Position numbers and translations under genes: made by a program
Shown here: one piece after another, positions 9,151 to 18,903 of the stretch
Numbering within the stretch: the stretch's first letter is position 1
How the letters are laid out: each line of letters opens with the position of its first letter
Notes under the pieces: model-generated
Databases searched by the model: none
What the model was told of the DNA's origin: nothing
Seen by the model: only the letters and a program-made list of their open reading frames with translations
Source of the DNA: Opitutia bacterium
GTDB lineage: Bacteria > Verrucomicrobiota > Verrucomicrobiia > Opitutales > T3Sed10-336
NCBI GenBank assembly: GCA_050506795.1
Contig: JBJHCF010000021.1
Location: forward strand, 22,195-86,194
DNA length: 64,000 nt
Reading direction: 5' to 3'

Positions 9151-10143
9151 TCAAAGGCCCAACGGCAGTTCCAGTTGATTGTTGGAGATCAGCGACCAGG
9201 CTTCCTGTCCGCGCGATCTCAGATCCCGGGCGAACTCTTCGGCGTACCCGTGCAGGGTGTAGACGACGCGAGGGGACACCTGCTCGACGTAGCGGATTAG
9301 ATCGTCGTAGTCCGCGTGGTCGGATAGGGGAAACACCGTGTCGCATTTCAACCGGAAACGGGCCGATGGATCCAGACCCCAGCCCGTGACAGCGGCGCGT
9401 CGGATCTCTTTCACCCGTTGGAGCGCTTTGGGAGGATTGGCGGTGGGAGGGGTGATCAGGATCTTGCCTTCGAGGGTGGGCTCCGTGAGCGTGGAAAAAT
9501 CAGCCAAATCGAATCCGTAATCCCGATAAACTTCCACCACGCGCGCGATGGCCTCATGGGCCACGATGGGAAATCCCGTGCCCTTCAGTGCCGCCAGTAC
9601 CTCCTGGGCTTTCCCTAACGAATAAGCCAGGAGAACCGGTACCGCACCGTTCGAAAGGGCTTCGCGACAGAAGGCCACGATGTTTTCAGTCACTTCTTCG
9701 GTCGGTGGGAAACGATAACGGGCCAATCCGTAGGTCGTTTCCATGATCAGCACGTCGGCCGATCGGATGGCCGGCGCCTCGCAGGAGAGGCCGGGACGGA
9801 GCTTGAAATCGCCGGTGTACACCAGACGGCCGGAGTCCGTGGTGACGCGAATCTGGGCCGATCCCAGGACGTGGCCGGCGGGAAAAAGTTCGAGTCGCCC
9901 GCCCGGAAGCGATGTTTCCACGGAAAACGGAATCGAGGTTTCCTGGCGTTGTTTTAGACCGCGAGCACGCATCAAATCCAGCGTTGCCGGGGTGGCGAGG
10001 ACCCGCTGGTGCCGGCAGGCGTGGTCCGCGTGGGCGTGCGAGACATAGGCCAATGGTGACCGGCGGCTCGGATCCAGCCAGAGGTCCATCTCGGGTAAAA
10101 AAATCCCCTGACGGTATTCGAATGGAAACGGTTTGCTGCCCAT
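9151..10143 (-). CDS. MBL-fold/beta-CASP nuclease (ligase-associated DNA damage response exonuclease-like)
   Basis: SHAHADH, PAGHVLGSAQ, YTGDFK, METTYG, AYSLGKAQE, LSDHADY, HG. Confidence 0.85.
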   Translation of the reverse strand: MGSKPFPFEYRQGIFLPEMDLWLDPSRRSPLAYVSHAHADHACRHQRVLATPATLDLMRARGLKQRQETSIPFSVETSLPGGRLELFPAGHVLGSAQIRVTTDSGRLVYTGDFKLRPGLSCEAPAIRSADVLIMETTYGLARYRFPPTEEVTENIVAFCREALSNGAVPVLLAYSLGKAQEVLAALKGTGFPIVAHEAIARVVEVYRDYGFDLADFSTLTEPTLEGKILITPPTANPPKALQRVKEIRRAAVTGWGLDPSARFRLKCDTVFPLSDHADYDDLIRYVEQVSPRVVYTLHGYAEEFARDLRSRGQEAWSLISNNQLELPLGL

Positions 10144-10231
10144 GTCGGTACGAATAGTGTTTCGCCTTTTCGAGAGTCGCAATACCTGCGGTTCCGGCAG
10201 GCGATAATCGGGTGGCGGTGTTGACACCATA

Positions 10232-10420
10232 ACCAAGTCGCATCGGCAATTTCTCTGGAGGGCCATGCCCCCGCATGGCCGCGCGGGCCTCTTGTGATCT
10301 CTCAGGCACGAAACCCTGTGTCAGCCCGCTGCCGGGCTAGGATCGCGGGCCTCTTGCCCGCACCGGCCGCGCGGGAACGCCGTCCTCCAAGAAGCGAAAT
10401 CGCGATATCCTCGATTCTGC
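10232..10420. repeat. Composite REP/REPIN-like element, copy 2 (inverted relative to copy 1, ~50-bp internal insertion)
   Basis: GGAG+GGCCATGC-CCCC-GCATGGCC (10257-10280); CGCGGGCCTCTTGCCCGCACCGG matches the reverse complement of copy 1 at 22/23; flanks TCGCATCGGC and AATCGC also align. Confidence 0.8.
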
Positions 10421-10461
10421 TTAATGAATCGATGAGTCGCCTTGACCGAGTTCCATTCTGC

Positions 10462-11634
10462 TCAGTCGTCGGACGACTCTTCCGAAAGGGGGTCCTCCTC
10501 AGGCTCCAGCAGGTCGTCCAGGGTTTCCGGGAGCGCGTCGTGGATGCGATCAGGGAACCGGAGCGCCACTTCCCGCGAAATGCGAGCCCAGGGAAAGGAT
10601 GGGTCGTCGCTTTGGTACACGATAAAGACCGGTCCGGGCTCCGTATCGATGCCAGCGGTGGTGTCGTCGTTGTTCGAATTGTTCTCGATTGTCGGGAGTT
10701 CCACGATATTGCCGTCCTGATCGAAAATGATGGAGGCTTCCACCCGTGTCGGAGTGGTCTCGGCGGGTTGCTCCCGGGCGGTTTCATCCGCGGATGGGGC
10801 AGGGCGACGGCCGATTTCAAGGGTGTAGCTTACTCCGTCGAACTGTTGCAGGGTCACTTTCCGGGAATGCTCGCGGGCCGTTTCCACGTCTGGATCCGAT
10901 GGGTCGCTCAGTTCGGTGAACCGGGCGTTGAGCAAGGTGCTGAGCAGTCGGTTCACCTCGGAGGTCTTCACGTCCCGGCGGTTGTTTTCGTTTTCGCCCG
11001 CGACCGCGAACGTGCCGCCGGAGGCGTCCCGTTCCAGGACCAGTGGAAGGTCGCGTCCGGGAAAGTGCAGGGTAACGGATGCGACCTCCTGGCTGGAAAA
11101 GTCGAGCGGTCTTTTGACCACCCAGTTATCGGTGCGGGTGTCCGGGTGAATGGGGGTTTTTGTCAGGTGCGCGGCTTCGGCGCCGGCAAACCGGAAAAAT
11201 GTTCCGCCCGAAGGCCCGGGTCCGCCTAACTCTACTTCCCAGAGCGTTTCGTTGGAGGTGCCAAGCAGCACCAGGTGGAAGCGTCCGAGTTCCAGTCGGG
11301 CCAGACGCTCCGGGTTGGAGGTGACCTGTCGATCTATTCCCGCGTCGAGCAGGGAGCGTGTGAAGCGGCCGAGCTTTTCGAAATCGGCGGGCATTCCGTG
11401 ATGCTTCGGCAGAACCCACCGGTCCCGCTCGTTCTTTGCCAGGATCACTTGCTCACCGTTGCTGCCGGAAAGCTCGATTCGCTGCGCCTGCTCCAGGACG
11501 TCCGGTTTTAGAAAGAGGCCGCCGGCGGGAAGGTCGCGGGCATTCGCCTGACCCGTTCCCGGGGATAACCAGTACGCCAGGCTGGCGCCGGCGCCGAGTA
11601 CGAGTACGAGGATCAGCAAGGGTTTCAGTTTCAT
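10462..11634 (-). CDS. DUF4340 domain protein
   Basis: N-terminal TM anchor, W...PAD motif, last gene of the GldA/F/G-type operon. Confidence 0.75.
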   Translation of the reverse strand: MKLKPLLILVLVLGAGASLAYWLSPGTGQANARDLPAGGLFLKPDVLEQAQRIELSGSNGEQVILAKNERDRWVLPKHHGMPADFEKLGRFTRSLLDAGIDRQVTSNPERLARLELGRFHLVLLGTSNETLWEVELGGPGPSGGTFFRFAGAEAAHLTKTPIHPDTRTDNWVVKRPLDFSSQEVASVTLHFPGRDLPLVLERDASGGTFAVAGENENNRRDVKTSEVNRLLSTLLNARFTELSDPSDPDVETAREHSRKVTLQQFDGVSYTLEIGRRPAPSADETAREQPAETTPTRVEASIIFDQDGNIVELPTIENNSNNDDTTAGIDTEPGPVFIVYQSDDPSFPWARISREVALRFPDRIHDALPETLDDLLEPEEDPLSEESSDD

Positions 11635-11641
11635 GGGTCGC

Positions 11642-13501
11642 TTATTTCTTCTGACGTTGGGTGCGCACGACAAAAAAGGCGAGACCGCCGATTACGGTGA
11701 GGAGGGGCATGGTGACGAGGTTGAACGCCGTCAGACCCAGTTTTAACCTTTCCACATCCTCGCGCAGTTTGCGCCGAATGTCGCGGCGCTCAGCCCGCAT
11801 GCCGGCCTCCTGGATGCGAAATTCCTCGATGGTCTCCCGGATCTCCGGCGACGCCACCAAGCGCCCCTCCTCCCGCTGCCGGGTTTGCAGTTCGTTCAGG
11901 TTGCGCTGGATTTCCTGCAGCCGGTTTTCCAGGGCGGCCAGTTGTTCCTGGTATCGCTCTTCCGCCGCGGCCTCCAGGCGGCGGACCCGATCAAACGGAC
12001 GTTGGGAGGCGCCCTTGCCCCGGATGGAAATGAGGTCGTCGCTGCCCGCGAGGAATTCGAGGACGTTGCTGGTGAAGGCCAGGTTATCGTTGATCGGTGT
12101 CACCGCCTGCATGCCGAGGAAATTAACCCGACGGACGGAAAAATCGTCCGCCAGGAAATCGGTATCGGCCGCGAGGACGAGGGTGCCGCGCCCCGAGGAG
12201 CGAAAGGTGTCGTCGGGTGAGGCCGCCGGGCTTTCGTCGTCGTCATCGCTCGCGGGCCGGCCATCGGGATACGCCGACCGGAATGTGCCGCGTACCAGTC
12301 CGGCGATGACCCTGCTTTGTCCGTCCGGCGTGAGTTGCCGGGCCACCTGTTCCGGATCGGGAAAATCGAGCAGTCCGCGGAACAGCGTCCCGCTTTCCTC
12401 GGAGGTGGTGATAAGGGGAGTTTTTTCCAGGTCCCCGTTGGCCGCGATTGTGAAATAACCAGGTTCCGGAAGAAGCACTCGGTCGAGTTGCGCGGTGGGG
12501 GGAGATTCGCGGTTGAAGCGATCGAGTTCCAGCCAAACCGGGTAGCGAACCGTTCCGCCCTGGCCGGTGCCGACCACAGCCGCGTAGCGGGTGTCTCCGA
12601 CGACGTGTTGCGGGGAGTACTGTATTCCCCAGGCCTCGAAGAGGCGAGGCAGGTCGCTGTGTGTCGGCTCCTGCTGTCCCATCATCATTTGTTGCGGATT
12701 GGCCTGGCTCTTCTGGACGAAGGAAGAGGGATCCACGGCCACAAAGAGGGGGCGCCCCGAAAGCAAAAACTGGTCGATCTCGTATTGTATTTCCTCGGAC
12801 AGATTCCTCGGGTGAATCACCGCCAACACATCCAGATTCTCCGGGAGCCGGTCGCCGCGAACCTGCTCGATGTCGAAGTGTTGCCGCAGTTCCTGCACGA
12901 AAACCCAGTCCTGGGATTGTTGCGGCAATCCCATGCCGGGCGGCAACTGGGTTCCCACGACCGGAAGCGAAGACAGGATTCCCAGCCGTGGACGATCCAG
13001 CAGGCGGACCCGGTGGATCAGGCGGGAAATGTCGTATTCCAACATGTCCTCCCGTTGACGGGTGAACATTTCGATGACCTCCTCCTGGTCGGCCTGGATG
13101 GCGCGGAGACCGAAAAAAAGCGTTTCTCCGTTGGGCAGGGGACGGCCAGCTATTCCGGCCCGAATGGCTTGTTCCTCTTCCGGAGTGTCGGGACGCGGAT
13201 TGACGACCCGAAGACGCAGGTTGCCGCGAGCGGCATTCTCGTACTGACGAAGGAGGGCTTCCACCCGGCCCGCGTAGTTCTTGAACTGGATGGGAAGTCC
13301 TTCCAACGACCGGCTGAAGTGGAACTCCAGGGTCACCGGCTCGTCGAGTTGGGTCAGCATGGCGCGGCTGCCGGGGGAAAGGGTGTAAAGTTTGTCCGCG
13401 GTCAGGTCGACCTGCCAGGGCAGCAGGGAGGCGATGACGTTAACCAGGATCAGGCCGGCTACCAGCAGTAGAAAGGCGGTCCATTTGCGCGCGTGTTTCA
13501 T
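11642..13501 (-). CDS. GldG-family ABC transporter auxiliary component
   Basis: DLTADKLYTLS, LEYDISRLI, IDQFLLSG, ADTDFL, LISIRGK, coiled coil, N- and C-terminal TM helices. Confidence 0.9.
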   Translation of the reverse strand: MKHARKWTAFLLLVAGLILVNVIASLLPWQVDLTADKLYTLSPGSRAMLTQLDEPVTLEFHFSRSLEGLPIQFKNYAGRVEALLRQYENAARGNLRLRVVNPRPDTPEEEQAIRAGIAGRPLPNGETLFFGLRAIQADQEEVIEMFTRQREDMLEYDISRLIHRVRLLDRPRLGILSSLPVVGTQLPPGMGLPQQSQDWVFVQELRQHFDIEQVRGDRLPENLDVLAVIHPRNLSEEIQYEIDQFLLSGRPLFVAVDPSSFVQKSQANPQQMMMGQQEPTHSDLPRLFEAWGIQYSPQHVVGDTRYAAVVGTGQGGTVRYPVWLELDRFNRESPPTAQLDRVLLPEPGYFTIAANGDLEKTPLITTSEESGTLFRGLLDFPDPEQVARQLTPDGQSRVIAGLVRGTFRSAYPDGRPASDDDDESPAASPDDTFRSSGRGTLVLAADTDFLADDFSVRRVNFLGMQAVTPINDNLAFTSNVLEFLAGSDDLISIRGKGASQRPFDRVRRLEAAAEERYQEQLAALENRLQEIQRNLNELQTRQREEGRLVASPEIRETIEEFRIQEAGMRAERRDIRRKLREDVERLKLGLTAFNLVTMPLLTVIGGLAFFVVRTQRQKK

Positions 13502-13520
13502 GGTGTCACGTTGTTCCGGA

Positions 13521-14246
13521 TCAGCGTTCCAGTATCAAAACATTGATAGCCAGTGAAAAAGCTATAATTGAGACGAAGAACACGACGTCCCGCAGGCGAA
13601 TCAAACCGGCCACCATGCCTTCGAAGTGAGTGACAAAACTGAAGTTCGCCAGGGAATCCACCAGCCAGACGGGAAGGTTCAATGCCAGCATCAGTTCATT
13701 GAATGCGCTCCATCCCAGAAGCACCAAGGCCAGGCAAATGATGAGACTGACCACGAAACTGATGACCTGATTGCGTGTCAGCGCCGATACGGCGGAGCAG
13801 ATTGCGAGGAATGCACCCGCCATCAGGATGCTGCCGATATAGCCGGAGAACACCGGGCCCCAGTCCGGGCTCCCCAGGTAGGCGATGGTGATGGGCATGG
13901 TCACGGTCAAGAGGATGGCCAGCGAGACGAAGGCCCAGCCCGCGAGGAATTTGCCGGCTACGGCTTGCCAAATGCTTATCGGAAGGGTGAATAATAATTC
14001 CCAGGTTCCGGACCGCTTCTCTTCCGACCATAACCGCATACCCACTGCGGGTACGAGAAAGAGAAAAATCCATGGCAGGAACAGAAAAAAGGGCCGCAGG
14101 CTGGCATCGTTACTTTCGAAAAACCCGCCCAGAAACCAGGGGAGCCCCATGGCGCCGACCAGGAACACGGCGAGAAAGACGTAGGCCACCGGCGAGCGGA
14201 AATACCCCAGGAATTCACGTTTGAACAGAGTGATGGTCTCTTTCAT
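13521..14246 (-). CDS. GldF-like ABC-2 permease
   Basis: KREFLGYFRSPVAY, MRLWSEEKRSGTWELLFTLP, TRNQVISF. Confidence 0.9.
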   Translation of the reverse strand: MKETITLFKREFLGYFRSPVAYVFLAVFLVGAMGLPWFLGGFFESNDASLRPFFLFLPWIFLFLVPAVGMRLWSEEKRSGTWELLFTLPISIWQAVAGKFLAGWAFVSLAILLTVTMPITIAYLGSPDWGPVFSGYIGSILMAGAFLAICSAVSALTRNQVISFVVSLIICLALVLLGWSAFNELMLALNLPVWLVDSLANFSFVTHFEGMVAGLIRLRDVVFFVSIIAFSLAINVLILER

Positions 14247-14260
14247 GACAAATGGGCTGG

Positions 14261-15256
14261 TTAGGTGGACTCGGAGTTTGACGCGGCCCGTTTCCTCTTG
14301 CGGGCGGCGGCGGGGGTTCGTTCCTCCGGCGTTTCGCCGTCTTTGCGGGTGAGCGTGCGGAAAACTTCCTCCAGGCGCAGGGTGGCGGGCTGGAGGGTCT
14401 TTACCGGCCACTTTTCGGCCAGCGCTCGTTTCCAAAGGGTTGTTTTTATTTCAGAGTTTCCTTTTGGCAGGACTGTGAGTTTGCCGTTTTGTTGATCGAC
14501 CCGTTTAACGGCATCCATACCCGCGAGGGTTTCGCGGACAGCCGCGGTTCCGCCGTCCTCCAGCTCTAATTCAACCGCGCCGTAGCTGGGGTGGCGCTTC
14601 ATGAGGTCCTCCGGAGTTTCGTCCACCAGGATCCGGCCGGCGGCGATGATGATAACCCGGTTGCACATGGCCTCGACCTCTTCGAGGATGTGGGTGGAAA
14701 GGATGATCGCCTTGTCCGATGCCATAGAGGCTATCAGCCGGCGAACCTCTTGTTTCTGATTGGGATCCAGACCGTCAGTCGGCTCGTCGAGGATCAGACA
14801 CGGAGGATCGTGCATGACCGCCTGTGCCATACCGACCCGCTGACGAAAACCTTTGCTCAGGGTTTCAATGGGCTGGTTGCGCACTGCGCGGAGATGGCAC
14901 AACTGAATGGCCTTGTCGAGCGCTGCGGCAGCGGAGGCGCCGGATAGGCCTCGCATTTCGGCGATGAAACGAAGGAATTCCAGGACTGTCATTTCCGGGT
15001 AGAGGGGACCGCTTTCCGGCAGGTAGCCGATGTGACGTTTCGCTTCGCGCGGACGTTCGGCCACGTCGATCCCGGCAATTTGAGCACGGCCCGAGGTCGG
15101 AGGCAGAAACCCCGTGATCATCTTCATCGTGGTGGATTTGCCCGCCCCGTTGGGACCGAGGAATCCCAGAATATCGCCTTTGGCGACTGAGAAGGTGACG
15201 TCGTCCACCGCGCGAATGGGTCCGTAATCTTTGATCAGGTTGCGTACATTGATCAT
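14261..15256 (-). CDS. GldA-like ABC transporter ATP-binding protein
   Basis: GPNGAGKST, LSKGFRQRVG, ILDEPTDGLDP, STH. Confidence 0.95.
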   Translation of the reverse strand: MINVRNLIKDYGPIRAVDDVTFSVAKGDILGFLGPNGAGKSTTMKMITGFLPPTSGRAQIAGIDVAERPREAKRHIGYLPESGPLYPEMTVLEFLRFIAEMRGLSGASAAAALDKAIQLCHLRAVRNQPIETLSKGFRQRVGMAQAVMHDPPCLILDEPTDGLDPNQKQEVRRLIASMASDKAIILSTHILEEVEAMCNRVIIIAAGRILVDETPEDLMKRHPSYGAVELELEDGGTAAVRETLAGMDAVKRVDQQNGKLTVLPKGNSEIKTTLWKRALAEKWPVKTLQPATLRLEEVFRTLTRKDGETPEERTPAAARKRKRAASNSEST

Positions 15257-15530
15257 CGGTCAGAAAGGATATGCCAGGTTTTCCCACTGATAATAAGCCC
15301 CTTTAACAAATTTCAAGTCGTGAATGTTCCCCTGAAAAAGTGCGCTTTTGCGGTTGAGCCCTGTGGTGGGAGTGGAAGTGTGGTTTATTGTCGCGAAACG
15401 AAAGCGTGGCCCCGGCCTTCAGGCGGGGTTTTGGGACTCGGGAAACGCGTTCGCTTTGCCTGAACGGTTCGGCGCCGTCGAAAGAGCGGCTCTACTTTTT
15501 CATCAGCAACGGTTAAGTGTCTCAAGGATA

Positions 15531-16571
15531 ATGCAGTATAAGCTCGATTTCGTTCGTTACCGAAGACCGTTTCGATTTCCTCCCAGGATCGGCGGAGCAG
15601 TTCAGCGGGCACGGGAAGGAGTTCTCGTGCGAGTCGCTGGCCCGGACGGGCATTGTGCCTACGGCGAAATTGCGCCTCTGGTTGCTTTTGGCACGGAATC
15701 GATCGAACGGGCGGAGCGGTATTTGCTCGGTCTGGGCGGGGTGATTCGAGGCGATCAGGCGGAGGAGGTGCCGAACGAGCTGAGTTGCTGCCGGTTTGCC
15801 CTGGAGTCGGCGCTGACGGAACTCGAACGGGGCAAGGATCTGTTGGATCGGTCGAGTGAGGGCGGGCGTCGCTTGGCGGTCGCGGGATTGCTCCCAGGGG
15901 GAATGGATCCTGTTGACGGTGTGGATGATCTGTTGGCGCGGGGTTATCGGACATTGAAATGGAAGATCGGCTCGGAGACCTTTGATCGCGAGCGTGACTG
16001 GTTTAGGCGAGTGAAGGATCGGGTGCCGAAGGACGTCCGGTGGCGTCTTGATGCCAATGGTTCGCTCGACGTCGCGACGGTTGAAAAATGGGCACGCGAG
16101 TTGGAGGGGGCTGCTGTCGATTACCTGGAACAACCGCTTCCCGTTGGCGAGACAAAGGCGCTCTTTACTTTGTCGAAGGAGCTGGAATTGCCGCTGGCTT
16201 TGGATGAGGCGGTTGGGACGGTGGAATCGCTTCGGGAATGGCGGGACCGCGGTTGGCTCGGCCTTTTTGTGGTTAAGCCCGCCTTGAGCGGTTCTCCCAA
16301 AGCCCTGGCGGAATTCCTCCGGGAGGAACATCGACGGGTTGTGTTTTCATCGGCGCTCGAGACCGGGGTAGGCGTCCGCCATGCATTGGGTCCCGCATTG
16401 GATTTCGGCATCGGGGATTCGGCCGTTGGCTGGGGAACCGGTCAGTTATTTGGTGATGATGGCCTCTCGCCACGGTTCGGGCCAAGGGTGACCGATTCCG
16501 CTGTTGCCGCGATCGACCCATCTGGTATATGGAACCGGTTGCAGCATGAATCTTGGGGAAAGGCTGATTGA
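15531..16571 (+). CDS. menC: o-succinylbenzoate synthase
   Basis: GEIAPL, KWKIG, RLDANG, EQP, LALDE, KP, SSALETGVG; adjacent to menE. Confidence 0.9.
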   Translation: MQYKLDFVRYRRPFRFPPRIGGAVQRAREGVLVRVAGPDGHCAYGEIAPLVAFGTESIERAERYLLGLGGVIRGDQAEEVPNELSCCRFALESALTELERGKDLLDRSSEGGRRLAVAGLLPGGMDPVDGVDDLLARGYRTLKWKIGSETFDRERDWFRRVKDRVPKDVRWRLDANGSLDVATVEKWARELEGAAVDYLEQPLPVGETKALFTLSKELELPLALDEAVGTVESLREWRDRGWLGLFVVKPALSGSPKALAEFLREEHRRVVFSSALETGVGVRHALGPALDFGIGDSAVGWGTGQLFGDDGLSPRFGPRVTDSAVAAIDPSGIWNRLQHESWGKAD

Positions 16572-17847
16572 ATTTTACCGGCAGGGAGGCGTGGTCGGAT
16601 TGGATCCGTTGCGGTACCTCCAGGAGTTCAGTGAGTGTGTAAAAGGTGACGCGGACTGTGCGACGCCAACCATTCTGATCGCTGAAAAGGATCCGGCGCG
16701 GTTTTTGGCGGCGCTGGCTGTCAGCCTGGCCATCGGCGCCCGGGTCGTGCTGGCCAATCCCGGCTGGCGGTCGCTGGAGTGGAAGCAGGTCGATGAACTG
16801 GTGGCGGCGGATATTCGGTTTGGGGATATTTCCTTTCCCGCGGCGTCACGTCCCAGTGACCACGGACCCATTCCGGCTGGTTGTTGCCTGGCGATACCGA
16901 CCGGCGGTACGGGAGGAAAAATACGGTTTGCGGTGCATGACGGCAGGTCACTCGAAGCCGCCGCGCGAGGCTTCCTGCAATGGACCGAATCGGAGACAGC
17001 ATGTTGCTGGTCGGATTTGCCGTTTTATCATGTGAGCGGCTTGATGCCGCTATTGCGTGCGGTCGTGGGAGCGGGAAGGTTTTTCTGGCCACCGGCGCTC
17101 GGGAGCAGAGCGGTGGTGGCCAATCGAATCAACGTGATATCGCTGGTGCCGACCCAATTGGCCAGGGCGATGCGCGATCCGCGAATGGTCGATTGGCTGC
17201 GGGATTTCTCCCACATCCTGGTTGGCGGTGCCGCGGTTGCGGATGACCTGCGACAATCGGCCCGTGCCGCCAACCTGCCGCTATCCCCGTCGTACGGTAT
17301 GACCGAAACCGCTGCTGCCGTTTGCGCGGTCAAGCCTGAAGATTTTCTTGCCGGTGACGATTCGAGTGGCAGTTTTCTCCCCCACGCCAGGGTTTATGCG
17401 GAAAATGGAAACCTGAACCGGCCCGCGCCCCTTTTCATTGAGTGCGAATCGCTCTTTCTCGGATACTGGGGGACCAGGAAAACACCAGATTCCCCCTGGC
17501 CTACGAACGACCTTGGCTTTCTCGACCGCCGGAGTCGCCTGTACGTGACAGGCAGGATTCGCACTCTCATTAACAGCGGTGGCGAAAAGATCGATCCCGC
17601 GGAGGTGGAAAGCGCATTGATTCAAAGTCGAATTGCCAAGACAGCTCACGTCATAGGTGTTCCAGACCCGGATTGGGGTGAACGCGTGACCGCGTACTAC
17701 GTCCCCGGCACAGTTCTCGAAAGAGATCGCCTTAAGCAATTCCTTGCCCCCCATAAGATCCCGAAGAATTGGGTCAGCGTTCCTAGCATCCCACTAAACG
17801 CCCATGGAAAACCGGATCTCTCACAACTGAGCCAAAACCCCATCTAA
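16546..17847 (+). CDS. menE: o-succinylbenzoate--CoA ligase
   Basis: PTGGTGGKIRF, PFYHVSG, SLVPTQL, YGMTET, DLG, INSGGEKIDPAEVE, KIPK. Confidence 0.9.
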   Translation: MNLGERLIEFYRQGGVVGLDPLRYLQEFSECVKGDADCATPTILIAEKDPARFLAALAVSLAIGARVVLANPGWRSLEWKQVDELVAADIRFGDISFPAASRPSDHGPIPAGCCLAIPTGGTGGKIRFAVHDGRSLEAAARGFLQWTESETACCWSDLPFYHVSGLMPLLRAVVGAGRFFWPPALGSRAVVANRINVISLVPTQLARAMRDPRMVDWLRDFSHILVGGAAVADDLRQSARAANLPLSPSYGMTETAAAVCAVKPEDFLAGDDSSGSFLPHARVYAENGNLNRPAPLFIECESLFLGYWGTRKTPDSPWPTNDLGFLDRRSRLYVTGRIRTLINSGGEKIDPAEVESALIQSRIAKTAHVIGVPDPDWGERVTAYYVPGTVLERDRLKQFLAPHKIPKNWVSVPSIPLNAHGKPDLSQLSQNPI

Positions 17848-17861
17848 TACTCGTCATAGTT

Positions 17862-17889
17862 ATAAATAGACAGGCTATTTATACTTGAC
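17862..17889. repeat. AT-rich palindrome (REP-like), copy A, directly upstream of the RAYT gene
   Basis: ATAAATAG-ACAGG-CTATTTAT followed by ACTTGAC; 25/28 identical to the reverse complement of 20125-20152. Confidence 0.8.
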
Positions 17890-17920
17890 TAACAGAAGGA
17901 ATTCGGCCAAGGACTAAATT

Positions 17921-18880
17921 ATGGCTGCTAGGAGAGTGAAAGTGGTTGAGCAAAGTGCGGTTTATCATTGTATGAGCCGAATTGTTGGGAAACAGAAACT
18001 GCTGGGATATCTCGAGAGGGAGGTGTTGCGAAAACAGATTTGGAAGTTGGCGGATTTCTGCGGGGTTGATGTGTTGACCTATGCGGTGATGGAGAATCAT
18101 TTTCATGTACTGCTTCGCGTTCCGGAGAAAGCGACTATCGACGATGACGAGTTGGTTCGTCGGGTTGATGTGCTTTACGGAGAGGTCAAAGCCAAAGCGG
18201 TGGAGGCCAAGTTGAAAGGGGGGGCAGGCGAAATGGTAAGGGAGGCGTATCAAAGGCGAATGGGTGATGTTTCGCAGTATATGAAGGAGTTGAAACAGCG
18301 ATTTTCGATTTGGTACAATCGCAAAAATGGCCGTGTGGGTACACTTTGGGCGGAACGGTTTAAAAGCGTTCTGGTTGAATCGTCGGGTTCGGCGCTGCGA
18401 ACGGTGGCGGCCTATATTGACTTAAATGCTGTTCGTGCAAGGCTTTGCCGAGATCCTAAGGACTATCGGTTTTGCGGCTATGGGGAAGCCTGTGCGGGGG
18501 AGGCTAAGGCTCGAAATGGATTACGGACCGTTATGGCGCAAGAAAAATGGCGTCGCGCGGCATGGGAGTATCGATTGGTGCTGTTCGGTAAGGGATATTA
18601 TGTGAAAATGGAAGGCAAAGGCGGGATTTCCTGGGAGGACTGGGTTAGGGTTCGGAGCGAATCCGGAAAGCTTTCGGTCGGTGATGCGTTGCGTTGCCGG
18701 GTTCGTTATTTCACCGAAGGAACAATTTTGGGATCGAAAGAGTTTGTTGATTCGCAATTTGAGTCGCATCGTGGAATTTTCGGTGCGAGACGGAAGGATG
18801 GCGCCCGGCGGTTACGTGGCGCAGAGTGGGAAAACCTGTACAGTGTCAGAGATTTGCGGAAAAACGTGTATGACGGTTGA
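17921..18880 (+). mobile_element. REP-associated tyrosine (Y1 HUH) transposase, RAYT/IS200-like
   Basis: YHCMSR, YAVMENHFHVLL (HUH), MKELKQRF..WYN, GTLWAERFKSVLVE, AYIDLNAVRA (catalytic Tyr). No tnpB or terminal repeats seen. Confidence 0.9.
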
Positions 18881-18903
18881 GCCTCAGTGAACCAAACAAA
18901 GAG

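Noticed and set aside
17921..18880. IS605/IS200 element with TnpB or an RNA-guided partner
   Set aside because: No tnpB/iscB-like ORF, and no room for a guide RNA between the transposase and pdxJ.
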